Assembly (NCBI GenBank): GCA_008632985.1 | Contig: QPGO01000098.1 | Coordinates: forward strand, 1-64,000 | DNA from: Psammoneis japonica | Taxonomy: Eukaryota | DNA: 64,000 nt | Reading direction: 5' to 3' | Part shown: positions 1-12,380 of the stretch, piece by piece | How the letters are laid out: each line of letters starts with the position of its first letter | Position numbering within the stretch: the stretch's first letter is position 1 | The notes under the pieces: generated by a model | What the model was told of the DNA's origin: nothing | Database searches by the model: none | Seen by the model: the letters and a program-made list of their open reading frames with translations, nothing else | Translations under genes and position numbers: made by a program

Positions 1-1332
1 CTGCTTCACTGGCTGCATCTCCAGCAAGAGCGACAGCTTTCACCACAGCAGCGGCTGATTCATGTGCATGAGAAAGGTTGGAGACAGTGATGGCATGGGA
101 TGCCAACATCTCATGCAAGCCACGGATGTCGTGACAGAGTTGGGCAACTTCCTCCAGAGACTTGTCCAAGGCCACCTTGCAGGCATCAATCTGTTGGATC
201 GCAGACTCCAGTTGAGCATGACAGCAAGACAGCATTTCAGAATCAGGCTCTGGTGGTTTGGATGGGGGTGGTGGAGTCTCTGGTGGTGCACAAGGCCAGC
301 AAGGAGGCAACTGGGGTGGCAAGCAAGGTGGGAGGTGAGGAAGGACCGGCTGCAATGGCGCGCAGCATCTGCTGGAGGGGTCGGAGGGGGTGCAACACCC
401 TCGTCGGGTGCCACAGCAGTGGCATCAGCCTCAGCCTTGACAGCATCCTCTGCCATGGGAGATGTGCACAACTGCAATGCAGCACATGTTGAAGTTTCAA
501 CCAAAACTGGTGTGGGAGACGTGCTGGCACCATTGCGGAGTTGTCAGTGGCTGGCGCGCCATCAGCCAATGACGGAGAGAGGGTGGCTTGCAGGGACAAA
601 AGTCTGGCCCACCAAGAAGATGCCATTTTGGAGTGGGTGCTGTCAGCAGGCACCATGGTTGTAAATCAACTGGAAAAAATTTGCTGTTGTCATTGCGCCG
701 CGCAATGGGCAGTTGGCGTCAGATCTTGCCCGCACATGTCCAAGCAACGAGAGTGCAATGCACGTAGAAAGAATGCTGAAATGTGCACGAGCAGCCACAA
801 AAACAAATGGCAATGGTGTGAATCAGTGTCCAATGCACCAACGCCATTGTTGTCAACAGAGCAGCAGAGTTCATGTCGCACAAACACTCTCTGCCGGTGT
901 TGTCGACAAGGGGAAAAGGGGAGAGTGTTGTGTCCTCAGCGGCAGAGGAGCCCTGCTTGCACACCTGTGCAAGCATTGCTCACAACCTGACAGAGATCCC
1001 TGCATCTGTGCAGGAATGATGCCACCACTGAGACATGTTGCAGTGCTGGATCTTTTGCTCAAGAGCTTGCCAACAGAGTCATGCCAAAATTGCACGACGA
1101 GGAAAAGACAATTGGCAAGAACCAGTCAGAAGCCACAAAATTGAAATGCTCTTGTGCTCTTTTTCCTGCTGAACATTCATGTGGTGCAAAGATGCACCAA
1201 CATTCTTCAAGGGAGAGAAAGCGAATGTCACATCATCTGGTGTTGATTGCAGTTGTCGGCTCGTTGATTTTGTCGCATGAGTTTTCCTGTGACAACTCAG
1301 TCGCTCCAACCTTTCAACAATGACAAGTGACA

Positions 1333-2960
1333 ATGCCACCTAAAAGAAAGGTTGGCTCAAAAGACAAGAAGCCAAGGAAAAAATGGCACTCCTTGACTGA
1401 TGAACAGAAAGCTGAACAGAGCAGGAAACTCTTGGAGATGAAGGCACGGAAGGCCCAAGAGGCTTGTCAGGCTTTTTTTGCTGGTCGTCAATCCCACATC
1501 ACAGGAACACAAGCTTCTTCTGCTCTCAACACATTGAGTGATGAGGGAGTCAATGGATTGATGGGGCAAAAACAAGAGAAACAGCCATCGGTGAGGAGGG
1601 AGAAACCAATCCTGCAGCTGCCCTCATGGCGGCTGCCCTCAACATGCCGCCCACAATGGCAGAACTTGATGGTGTTGATGATTGTGATGGCAAGGAAATT
1701 GACCAAGATGACAAAGGAGAAGAAAACAATGACAACTTTGATGACACTGCCAGGCCAGGTGGGGCGACACTCAATTCTCTCCGAGCAATTTGTGCTCATC
1801 TGCAGGTGGAAACAAGTGGCAATGTTGCAGCACTGAATGCAATGTGGCTGTTGAAAATGCTGGATGACAGTGACTGGAGAACTCCATTTGCTGTGGCAAA
1901 ACATGTTTGTGAAAAGCTGGGCACTCATTTTGGTGAACCATCATCTCACTGCCATGAAGTTCTGGTGCTTGGCTTCCAGATTTCAGATGGGGAGCAGAGG
2001 CCATGCCGCATTGCACAACTTGCAAAACAAATCATCAATTGGGTCATCATCATGGCTGTCAAACCTGCCACTTTGCTTGGCAAATCACAGCCTTGAAAAA
2101 CATGCCATCATGCAATGACAGCTCAGCACATTTGCCGCACTTGCAAAGAAAAAAGCAGGACCACTCAGGAGCCAACATTCAGCACACCTTCATGGGGTGC
2201 AACAAGTCATTCACTGAATTGCTTCCACACAGATGTGGAGATGAATTCCCAGCATTTTCACCACACAGAGCTGGAGTTGACAAGGAAAGTGTTGCACTTG
2301 ATTTGATGAGGCCGTTGCATGACAAGAGGCTCTGAGCTGTTGAATTGGGTGCCAAACATCCAAAGCCTTGGGACTTGCACACAGCAATGGGATGTTGCAC
2401 AGAGTGGCACTGTTGGGCCAGATGTGCTTGTCAAAACAACGTTGTGTGAGACTCTGGAAAAACCAGTGCACCACGCTTGGCGACTCTTGGATTGCCCCAC
2501 TGCGACAAGCTCTTGTGCGCCCGCTCCCACCAAGAATTCCATGGCACAGTCAATCAATGCAATGTTGTTTGGCTTGGAGAGCACATGCAACGTTTCAGTT
2601 GAGAGTGGGCCCAAACCATCCGAGTCCAACACAAGCAGCACTGCCTGGAGCTTTTGCTCATGCTTGTTGTCCTGATTGGGTGCTCGACCCATGTTGTCAT
2701 CTGCAGATCATTCTGAGATGTGACATCAAAACAGTGCAGCCTTTCAGCCAGGTGGCGAAGGGATCAAATGAAGAAAAAGGGCACAACACTCAGCAAAAAA
2801 CAAAAAGACAATGTGGCTGTCAATCAAGATGCAAACACAATGGGTGTGGTGGATTGTGACGGAACAAAGTGATTTTTGCAAAGCTCGTTGGACACTTGCG
2901 GCACAAGCCAAGCTGGCAGAAGAAGCAAAGAGTGGAAGCCCGGGCAGCCTCAACAACTGC
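1333..2960 (+). mobile_element. Degenerate transposon-derived ORF (DUF6729-like region), TpA-depleted and frameshifted
   Basis: Basic N-terminus MPPKRKVGSKDKKPRKK, then fragments 'CTTCK' and 'FPAFSPHRAGVDKESVALDLMRP' resembling the FPAxLTxRxGVD motif of DUF6729-type transposon proteins. Multiple frame switches and no Tyr. Confidence 0.35.
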
Positions 2961-3444
2961 AACAACAGCAACAAGAATCACAGACGTGCGGAGCTTTGTG
3001 ATGCTCCAATGAAATTTTGCACAACCCGTGTGGCCTGTCCAGCTGCGCAGTGGTCTCCTTCTTCTCCCCCTCATCCACCCTGCCTTCAGGGGGGGCGTCT
3101 TCGGCGGAAGTGAGACTGTCGAAGAAAGTTGCATAGAATTTTCACTAAAACAGTCTGTCAATCAGTGTGATTGGGTGTTTGGGACCTCCTGGACAGATCC
3201 TGGCAGGTGTTTTCTTGTGCGCACAAATTGCACTGGGAAACCCCTCAAACGCGCTGGCGATCAGACCGCCTCTTCGACGACTTCACTTGTTCCAAAGACA
3301 CCCCTCCCCCAACCCCCATTGTTTTCAGTTTTGTCCCACAGATTGTGACCAACTAAAATGCAAAACCATGGCAGCATTTTCACAGCTGCGTTCTTTTTTT
3401 GGCTCTCTTCTGAGGGTTTGCAAAAAAGTCTCTTTGAAGGTGTC

Positions 3445-3597
3445 NNNNNNNNNNNNNNNNNNNNNNNNNNNNNNNNNNNNNNNNNNNNNNNNNNNNNNNN
3501 NNNNNNNNNNNNNNNNNNNNNNNNNNNNNNNNNNNNNNNNNNNNNNNNNNNNNNNNNNNNNNNNNNNNNNNNNNNNNNNNNNNNNNNNNNNNNNNNN
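3445..3597. other. Assembly gap (run of N)
   Basis: 153 consecutive N. Confidence 0.99.
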
Positions 3598-4348
3598 AGC
3601 CTGTGCCAGAGGGCTGCGCTGCTCATGGTGGGTGGCGCCGCGCTTGTTTGTTGTGTCAACACAAAGCAGAAAGGTTTTGAGCCCAACTTTTTGCAAAGCC
3701 GGAAATGCATGGGCAAAGCAGCAGACAGAAAGTGTGCAGGTTGCCCAGCAGAGATGTGGCAACTCTGAAAATTCTGCACACAGAGTTGTGCGCAGCAGCT
3801 GACGGTCTGGCCATCTCCGCCGCTTGTGCAGATGGCTCGCACAAGGAAAAAAGGCAAGATTTCAATCATTGCTGAGCACAATCTCCCACATGCAAAACAA
3901 ATGGCTGGCATGTTGTGCTGAAAATCCCGTGCTTCGAACGTACGAGACTCTCCGGCTCTGCCAGATGGAGAGCAGCAGCATCAAATAATCTCGTCGGCAC
4001 CGGTTGGCTGCCTGGCCACACCGCCCAGCCCCCGCCCTGCCCTCGCTCGCTCTGCTGGCTCTCTACAGTGGGGCTAGAGTGTGTACTGTAGTTAGACCGT
4101 AAGGCTTACCGTAGAAAAGACATAATAACTGGAGTGACTCATTAGAAAGTTCCTAGCTTTTATGTTTGGATTCTCAAATAGTTTCTTACCAAATTTTGAA
4201 CCGTTGAACGATGAGAGTACGTCCGTCCATCCCCTCACAACGCAGAAGAATCCAAAAATCGGTCACAAACCAACAAACGAAGCCCACGCCTGCACACGAC
4301 ACAACAACATAAAAATTTCACGCACAACACAGCGAACATCACCTCACC

Positions 4349-5545
4349 ATGGCGACGGCTTGCTTTCCTTATGTCATTGACTATCAGGTTGTCTCCAAGG
4401 GCAAGACCCTTGGCGCTTCCAAGAAGCGCATTATATTCAAATTCGGTTTTGCCAACGCCCAAGCCTTGTCGGATGGGTTGGTGGGAGCGAATTGCCGTGG
4501 CAGCGAACACGAAGTCAATCTGATTTGGAGTCTCAATACCGGCAAGCGTCAAATTCTCGCCGACGGCAAGGAAGTACACTATTCCGAAAGCCGCGCCAAT
4601 GGCTGGACAGCCGACAGGAGCTTTCAACACAGCTTTACGCTGCGCAGTCCGGGCTACGGAGCCTTCAAGTGTCGGGTCGTGTCGGTTCCTGCGCAGCCCG
4701 GCGTCTTGCCGTATGATTTGATTGTCGGCGGTGTTTCGATTCATCGAATGTGCAAGATTTTTCAATTGGGAACGTCTCAAATGAGAGAAATGTCCAGGGT
4801 TATTGGTGGTGACGGTGGTCCGCATCATGACCCCGATATCGATCCGTATGCGTCTCCTGAAGAACGCCGAGCGATTGCGCAAGCAAAATTGGAATCGCTA
4901 CGTGATGTACGTCAGCACCGTACTTCTGCTCCGCCGGCGACAGCAGCAGCGGCACCACCTCCAGTCCGTGAGGAAGCGAGTTTGATTTCCTTTGACGACG
5001 ATCCGGCTCCGCCCGCTGTAGCGGTTGGTGGTATGCCGGACCGAGGCGTTTCGGCTCTCACCATGGATCCGTCCCTGACGCACTCACCACCGGCCGGTCC
5101 CTACGGCGCACCACCACCACCAGGTGGTCAGTACCCACCACAACAGCAGCAAATGTCAAGCAGTGCTCTAACGCCTTGGCAACCTCCTGCAGGTGGTGCT
5201 GGTGCTGCTGCTCCCGGATATGCTCAAGCTCCTCCACCGGTACCACAGCAGCAGCCGTGGGGCGCACAGCCTGCCTATGGTAGTGCTGCTGCTCCGGCGC
5301 CTGCGTATGGAACCGCTCCAGCTCCCGCTTATGGTGCAGCGGCAGCTCCTTCTGTCTATGGCGGTGCGCCTCCGCAGCAGCAGCAGCCAGCCGTGAATCC
5401 CTATGGCGCTCCTGCACCGGCACCTGGATTTGTCAGCCCCGGTGGTAGCGTTGGAACGTATGGATCGGCTCCAGCCTTTGCTCAGCCTCCTCCTGCGGCT
5501 GCTCCAGCAGCAGCACCAGCCTATCCGCAATACACTGGATACTAA
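4349..5545 (+). CDS. Hypothetical protein with a globular N-terminal domain (FAIM-like motif) and a Pro/Ala/Gln/Tyr-rich disordered C-terminus
   Basis: Intact 398-aa ORF with normal codon usage and Tyr present. Motif 'LIWSLNTGKRQILADGKEVH' resembles the FAIM 'SGKRxxxxDGxE'. PAYG repeats in the tail. Confidence 0.85.
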   Translation: MATACFPYVIDYQVVSKGKTLGASKKRIIFKFGFANAQALSDGLVGANCRGSEHEVNLIWSLNTGKRQILADGKEVHYSESRANGWTADRSFQHSFTLRSPGYGAFKCRVVSVPAQPGVLPYDLIVGGVSIHRMCKIFQLGTSQMREMSRVIGGDGGPHHDPDIDPYASPEERRAIAQAKLESLRDVRQHRTSAPPATAAAAPPPVREEASLISFDDDPAPPAVAVGGMPDRGVSALTMDPSLTHSPPAGPYGAPPPPGGQYPPQQQQMSSSALTPWQPPAGGAGAAAPGYAQAPPPVPQQQPWGAQPAYGSAAAPAPAYGTAPAPAYGAAAAPSVYGGAPPQQQQPAVNPYGAPAPAPGFVSPGGSVGTYGSAPAFAQPPPAAAPAAAPAYPQYTGY

Positions 5546-5810
5546 TGTGATATTTGAAGGGCTACTACTATGGAGAATTGGATTGAATGTTTCGTGTTGG
5601 TGTTTTTGTTGCATCGTGTATTGTGTGGAGAAACCAAAAAAAAAAGAGACGCAAGAAAAAACACCTGAAAGGAAAAGCAGTTCTGTTCTACAAAACAGGC
5701 TGCGAGTGACTGATAGTTTCGTTCCCGCCTTTTTTCTGGTTTCAGTTAAGTATAATGTATTGTAAAGTTGTATGTCGCATCAAGAGAGTTATACGATCTG
5801 TTTTCTTTAC

Positions 5811-6087
5811 TGTTCTAGAGTGGTCTTTGATGCAGTATACTGTATCTTGTGAAAGGCGTCAAGGCCACAAAGACGAGAGAACGCCACAGGCTCAGATGCC
5901 CATGTATGTCTCGCTTTTGAATTCTTTTTTGAAACGCACATAACTATTTCTGTGCTGTTCTAGAGTGGCCTTTGATGCATTACACTGCATCTTGTGAAAA
6001 GCATCAAGGCCACAAAGACGAGAGAATGCCACAGGCTTAGATCCCTGTGTGTGGCTTGCTGTTGCATTCTTCTTTGAAACGAACACA
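5811..6087 (+). repeat. ~145-bp tandem duplication straddling the gene/degenerate-domain boundary
   Basis: 5811-5940 and 5956-6087 both begin tgttctagagtgg and share gccacaaagacgagagaa and tttgaaacg. Third partial start near 6166. Confidence 0.9.
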
Positions 6088-7347
6088 ATGTGTGGCAGTG
6101 TGCTGTTTTTGTGACAACACTGGAGATTGCCCCAAGCTTTGAAAACAGACGGGCACACACAGAACGTTCTAGAGTGGAGAGGTGCAGCTTGGCCAAACAT
6201 CATAGATGACATCAGATGAGCTTGGGAAACAGAGTTCATTTTCAAAGCTTGTGACCACTTCATTGTCCCATCTGGGCACCAGCGACCCTGGCCTTTGCTT
6301 CTCAGATCTCCTCCTCCTTGTTCTTCATCTCCAGCTCCTTTTGCTGCTGAATTTTTCCCTCCATCTCCAGCTCCTTTCTTTGTTTCTCCAGCTCCTCTTT
6401 TGCTGAAGTTCGCCCTTGATTGCATCAGTGTCCATGTTGGGAATGCCAGAACTGTGAGTCTTGAGTGAGATTGAGTCCATGTCAAGTGAGATCAATTTCA
6501 TGTGGAGCAAGATCAAGTCCATCTCAAGTGACTTCAAGTTTGGTGTTGAGCAAGATCAAGTCACATTCGAGCGAGATCAACTTCATTTCGAGCCGAATTT
6601 GTCCGCATCTCCAAGCGGGACATGTGAAGCTGCCCATTCACGACAACCGCATTGAACAGAAAAGCAAGTCCACCCAAAGCAAGCAAAGGCACATTTGCCA
6701 ACATCTGCCATGCGCCCGAGAAAACTGACCACTCGAGGACAACACACAAATGGCGTCCAGGTGCTGCTCACTTGTGGTCGCCATCACATGCACTCCTGTT
6801 GCTGCCTTCAGGCTTGTGCTTTGCTGAGAGGTGGTTTGCCCCCCTGACACTGCCATTACAAGGGAGATATCCATCATCTGTGGTGCCATTCCGCTGATTC
6901 AGCCGCCTTTTGAGCCTCCTTCGTCATGGTGCGTTCGGGGTTTTTGTGAACTGAAATCGCCTCCAAAAACATTTGAAATCAAGAGGCGGCACTTCGGCTT
7001 CGCATGACGGTTAAAAATATTCTATTTCAACTAATGAATATATATATATAAATTTATTGAGAGCACCACATGGAGAGTGCGGGTGTTCGGTGTTCGGGTT
7101 CTCCACGATTTTCGGAAAAATCGAATCATTCGATCAAACTCGCATGATGTGAAGCATCAGCAAAATCAAAGAGGCACACAGAGTCAGCGACACTGTTGTT
7201 CTCTGTTGGGAGTTGTTGTGAGTTGTGACTCTGTGTTCCTTGATTGTTTTACTATTTGAGCTCGACATATATTGCGCAAGTCGATTGGTTTTATTGTTCA
7301 ATAAAAGACTACTGAAAGCGTTAGCATTCATTGCATAAGAACAACAT

Positions 7348-7908
7348 CATGCCACGCCCGGGACCCCCGCCGCCCGAATTGACGGACGAACAAAACACAC
7401 CATGGGTCTTGTTCGAAAAGAAATTTGGACCAAGGGTTGGAAAGGCATGGTGACGGGATCTCTTTCGGGTCTAGTATTACACAGCATGGCGTCTGTAGCA
7501 AACAACCGTGGTTATCTACAAACGAAAACAAAACTCAATGCCAGCACGGCACTTGTGGCCACACTTTTGGGCGGTGCCGTGGGTTCCTACACCATGTCGG
7601 TAACGGCGGGAAAGAATCAGGTCCATCAGTTGCATCCCATTTTTGAAACCAACAAAAAAAAGAGTATCGAAGAACAACAAGATGAGGCCATGGAAGAATT
7701 ACAACGCAATCGATTGTTACGACGAGCCTCTCTCAAAGAATCCATGGAACACGGACACGGTTTGGGCGATGCGCACGGTGGACAGTGGAGAAATGTGTCA
7801 ACGGAAGAACGAGAGCGTCATCGAGTCGCTCGACGTACGACGGTACAAGACAGCTTGAGTCATGGACATGGTTTGAGTGATTCGCATGGTGGGAAATGGA
7901 TCAAATAG
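7348..7908 (+). CDS. Small hypothetical membrane protein (two hydrophobic segments, C-terminal HGHGLxDxHGGxW repeat x2)
   Basis: ORF 7402-7908. Probable true start MPRPGPPPPELTDEQ at 7348, joined by a 1-nt indel in an A-run near 7392. Duplicated motif HGHGLGDAHGGQW / HGHGLSDSHGGKW. Confidence 0.75.
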   Translation, partial: HATPGTPAARIDGRTKHTMGLVRKEIWTKGWKGMVTGSLSGLVLHSMASVANNRGYLQTKTKLNASTALVATLLGGAVGSYTMSVTAGKNQVHQLHPIFETNKKKSIEEQQDEAMEELQRNRLLRRASLKESMEHGHGLGDAHGGQWRNVSTEERERHRVARRTTVQDSLSHGHGLSDSHGGKWIK

Positions 7909-8145
7909 TAGCGCTTTTGAGCAGATTGATGTATTCATGATGATTTAGAGCGACAGTCCTTTTGTTGTTGCTGATTTTGGAAGGACCAGCGGCAATTGAT
8001 GACTATCCACTTAAAAATGCAGCAAGAAAATCATACCATATGCTAGATGTGGTTTCTTGCTTTGCTATTTTTAAAATTAGTTTTGCGTTTTGCATTTCCC
8101 CATCCTTCCCCAACACACATATTCACTGTTGTACCATTTGCTCTT

Positions 8146-9933
8146 TTACTTATTTTCTTGTTGTTCTTGTTGTTGTACTCCAATAATTCGATTCATTTCG
8201 TCCTCCAACGTTTGTCCACTTGTAGTTCGTTGACTCAAACACAATCCCACACATTCAAAATACGTAATGACATCTTCGTCGGATGGAGGACTTCCTTCTT
8301 CTAATAAAGTTGCTTCAAAATCCTTCATGGTTTCCATTTCAAGACGAATCGTTTCCATAATGGAATCCAGATGTGTTTGATGGGCTTGTAAGACTTGTTG
8401 TGCAATCAAAACGTGTTCGGCGGGAGGAGTTGTTGTTGTTTTATCCTCCAACAAGACGTGTTGTCCGTTGCTTGTGCTTGCAGGCTCTACTAGTGTTTCT
8501 GCAGCAGTAGTAGGAGCGTCGTCGAAATGACCGTTTGTAGTAGTCGTTTCTTCCTTGTTGTTGGATGTTTCCTTGTGTTGGGGCGACACTACAATATTAC
8601 TCAAGGATTCTCGACGCCATTTTTCTTGTAACAAGGATGATCGTCGACTGCGTTTCGATTTAGCTTGCTTTTTCAATTCTTGTACACCCAACACAAAGGG
8701 CGTGGGCGATGAGTTGCCATAGTCCAAGACACGATTGGGTGATGAAGCAGCATGATTGTCATCCAAAAAATCCGCAGGAAGTTCCTGTTCGCTAGTAGAA
8801 GTACGACTCGATGCCGATGTGAGTCGTACGGGTGGACCCATATTGGTTCGTTTCGGTGGTGGTTTCAAGGGTAAGGCGGGTGCTGCACCCACCACCACCG
8901 ACATGGGTACCGTTGATGAGCCGCCGTAATTACTGCGTCGTGGTGAAGGACTCGCACGTCCACTAAGACCAAACGGACTTGCCGTCAAAGTCCGACGACT
9001 GTTGGGACGTTGCGACGGAGATGTCATGGAGGAAGAATGGAATCGACGAAAACTGCTACTAACGGATCGTCTGCTTGCCATGCTGGCACGAGATGCCAAA
9101 CTGGCTTCGTCCAAAAAGGAAAAGTTGGATTGTGCATCGTCGTCATCATTGTTTTGCATGCTTTTCAAATACTTTTGTATCCGTGGATCCTTTTGTACAA
9201 TGGGATTGTTCTCAATCAATTGATTCAAAACGGTCGGTTCAAATTTCTCATGAATCACTTGCAATCCCAACTTGGCTTCTTGTCGTACGGCCGCACTCGC
9301 ATCCCGCAACGCCCGAACAAAGGCTGTACCGACTTGAATGGCAATTTCCGTTGTGATATAATTGGGTTCCGTCGTCCACGATTCCAATGCCAATTTTAAA
9401 TACAATGTACACGCATGTCGAATGGTACGGCTTTTCGAGAGTGGCAATCGTTCCAACATGCATGGCATGCATGCCTTGCACGGGACCAACGGCAAGACTT
9501 GTGTCGTCATTTCTTGTACCGCCGTTCGAATGGTATTGACCGTTTGACCGTGCACATCTAAAATGATGGGCATGAGTTCCTTCCACAAGAGTTTACCATA
9601 CACACCGGGACGTTTTTGATACAACAAGACCAAACTCTGACAAACCGACTTGACGACTGAACTGCGTGGATCCTTCAACAGTGCCGTCAGAGGTCGGTAG
9701 AGACTACGAATCGATTTGGGAACATTGTACCACATGTCCGAATCGACATTGTCGTCATTAATGCTTTCTACAAGAGATTGAAAGGCATTTGTACGACGTT
9801 TCCATTCATCGGGTTTGGTATCCTGAATGAGCTCTAAAAAATTCACCAAATCCGCATCGTCGACAAATAATACCGTGTCGCTCAGTTTTTTACTCTTTTG
9901 TGCTGACCGAAAGGGCGTGGCGGAATATGCCAT
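8146..9933 (-). CDS. CLASP-N/TOG (HEAT-repeat) microtubule-associated protein
   Basis: Likely start MAYSATPF at 9933. TOG-like 'EWKRRTNAFQSL', 'LKDPRSSVVKSVC' and 'LRDASAAVRQEAK', then a Ser/Arg-rich linker and helical C-terminus. Confidence 0.8.
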   Translation of the reverse strand: MAYSATPFRSAQKSKKLSDTVLFVDDADLVNFLELIQDTKPDEWKRRTNAFQSLVESINDDNVDSDMWYNVPKSIRSLYRPLTALLKDPRSSVVKSVCQSLVLLYQKRPGVYGKLLWKELMPIILDVHGQTVNTIRTAVQEMTTQVLPLVPCKACMPCMLERLPLSKSRTIRHACTLYLKLALESWTTEPNYITTEIAIQVGTAFVRALRDASAAVRQEAKLGLQVIHEKFEPTVLNQLIENNPIVQKDPRIQKYLKSMQNNDDDDAQSNFSFLDEASLASRASMASRRSVSSSFRRFHSSSMTSPSQRPNSRRTLTASPFGLSGRASPSPRRSNYGGSSTVPMSVVVGAAPALPLKPPPKRTNMGPPVRLTSASSRTSTSEQELPADFLDDNHAASSPNRVLDYGNSSPTPFVLGVQELKKQAKSKRSRRSSLLQEKWRRESLSNIVVSPQHKETSNNKEETTTTNGHFDDAPTTAAETLVEPASTSNGQHVLLEDKTTTTPPAEHVLIAQQVLQAHQTHLDSIMETIRLEMETMKDFEATLLEEGSPPSDEDVITYFECVGLCLSQRTTSGQTLEDEMNRIIGVQQQEQQENK

Positions 9934-12149
9934 GATAGTACTACTAGTATTAGCACCCAAACAACAAAAAGTAAAAGATTCAATGCCTTTTTTCTCTTTA
10001 ATAAAAGGCCTCTCTGGACATGCACAACAACGACAACAACAACAAGATGATGATCTTTGTTGCAATGCGTGTGTGTTTTGTTGAAGAACGGCAGTCATTT
10101 TGATTTCACGTTGAAAGGATACGGGGCTTGTACGTTATAACAAGCCTCCATTCATGAGGGTTATGATTTATATTGCAACGGATGTTTTGTGACTCGTGAC
10201 TGCGACGACGACGACTCGTGACTGACTTTTCTCATTTTTTCCGACGCCGCTCCTCCTGTTGTTTGTTGTTGTCATGTTGTTGTTTCTTGTGTAGAGTGTA
10301 GTTAAAACTGTTGTTTTTGCTTCTGTTTTTGAAGTTTAAGCTAGACTTTTACCCCCTGCTCTCTAGCCAGGGACAGAAATCCCCAAGATGTGAGCAACGT
10401 TGGTCTCTCCTGTGCTTTAAAAACCAGCTTTGTCTTGTGGGAGTGTGCAATGGGCGTGCATTGTTCCTGGCATCAATCACTTGAAGATGGAACTGGCTTT
10501 TCATGGAACACTTTTGTCACATGGGAAAGCACAAGAGGGACAAATTTTGGTGATGGCTCTGTGACTGGCGTGACTCTCTGCTTGTGGCCCAAAAGTTCTT
10601 GTTGGGAACTTTGCACAGGCATGACATCGGTTTGAAATGCACTTTGGTGAAAAATGGGCTTTTTGTGATTGCGTGTAGAAGCACAGCACTGGGCCTCACA
10701 CAGCTGCTTCCTGCTCCAATCTTTTGAGCTCTTGCAAGAAGATTCTTGCTGGTCACATCTTCTTTGCTCAATCTCTTCCACGGAGAAGAGATTCTCAGTG
10801 GCTGCATCTTCTTTGTGCACACCACAAATCATCACATGCTCTGCTCTCACAAAAAGTGTTTGCGCACAACAAATCAGGCAAGTTGTGTGGGTCCAGATTT
10901 GGATGACTTTATTTCATCATTGCAAATGACACATCAGATCAAATTTCTTTTGCGCGGGCTTTCCAAGTCTCTTGCAACATGAGTCATCCCACAACAGCAC
11001 TTGCAGAGATGTGATTGAAAAATGCAAAGCTGCTGATCTCTTTGCAAGGGTCGTCACAAAGGGACCTGCATGCTGGACAACTCTGCTGATCAAAATTGCA
11101 GCCACGGTGACTGGTTTTCCCTCCTGGAAATGCAACAAGACTTTCTGCTTTCAAAAGAACTTTCTCTTGTTTTTCAGACCATCAAAATCAAAGAAGGGCG
11201 CACTTCAGGACTTGTGTGTTCAAGAAGATGAAGGCAACATCTTTGCTGTCCACAAGATTGCCATCTTTTCTGTTGGCTGCACAATGTCAACACCCAACAT
11301 GGCAGATGTTGACAAGTTTTTCTTCACAATGCACCAAGCACTGTCTTCATCACCAGTGTGCAGCCATGAACAGCTTGATTGACTCAACTTGTTGACATGC
11401 TGCTTCAACAGGAAAGATGCACCACAGTGAGAGCCACAAAGCTTGTGTCCCAACAATGCCATTTTTGGAGAAGATTTTGTCTGATTCTTGCAGATGGTTT
11501 CATGTTGAGAGATGAAATTGTTGCAAACCTCAATCAACCCCACCAGATGTGTCAACATCAGAAGAACACACAGGATCAACATGACAGCTGTGCCCGAAGG
11601 GACAACAGTGGCCAGCACCAGTGCAGTGCTGGTGAGAATGAACTTTGTCATTGCCTTTGAACTCAATCTCATCACAACCCAGATGACATCTTTTCCATGT
11701 GAGGTGAGACAATGTTGTGTGATGTGCTGTGCCAGCACCACAAAAGCAACATGTGTGATGACAACAACAGAAATGAATTGAAATGATGATGTGTGAATTT
11801 TTCATCAATGTGTGAACAAAAGTCACTTGCCAACCCAACGCACTCCACTTGGGGACATGCATTTCTCTCTCATCAGCTTTGTGTGTGGCGAGTTTAGTTC
11901 AACCCACTTTGTTTCCGAGAATGGTGTTGTCTTCTTGTCAGAAATCTGTCACATTCTGCCAGTGATGAACAATGACCATGTGGCCTGTGTGACAATCAAA
12001 GGAAATTTTCTGGGAGTTGCTTTTGTTTTTGAGTGGATTTTGATCAGATGTGACGGGCCAAAAAGCATTGTTGCTTGAAATGCACTGTCAAAAAATGGGC
12101 AGAACATTCACACAGTTTGATTGTCATGACCACAAAGCAGTCATCATTG

Positions 12150-12380
12150 GATTGTTTTAAGGAGTTGACATTGAGTGACTGGATTGGAGACACTGTTGCT
12201 GTCCTGGATTTCATCCATGGGGGGGAAGTGGCGCCAGCAGGGTTTTCCATTGGTGCATGGATTTCCCTTCTTCATGTGGTGATTGCTCACACACGCCCTC
12301 ATTGCAGCATCACTGGCATTGTGGGCATTGAAGCTGTTGCACCAGATTTTTCCAAGAAATTCATGACAGACTTTCAACAA
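12150..12380 (+). pseudogene. Decayed alpha/beta-hydrolase fragment (ABHD10-like)
   Basis: 'LSDWIGDTVAVLD...GFSIGAWISLL...GIVGIEAVAPDF' resembles the GSSxGGW nucleophile elbow and GxVGIAAAPDF of this family. Lies in TpA-depleted DNA. Confidence 0.55.

Noticed and set aside
40..3400. Numerous 60-210 aa ORFs in decayed tracts as real genes
   Set aside because: They overlap in all frames, are Tyr-free, show no coherent domains, and are explained by stop-codon depletion.
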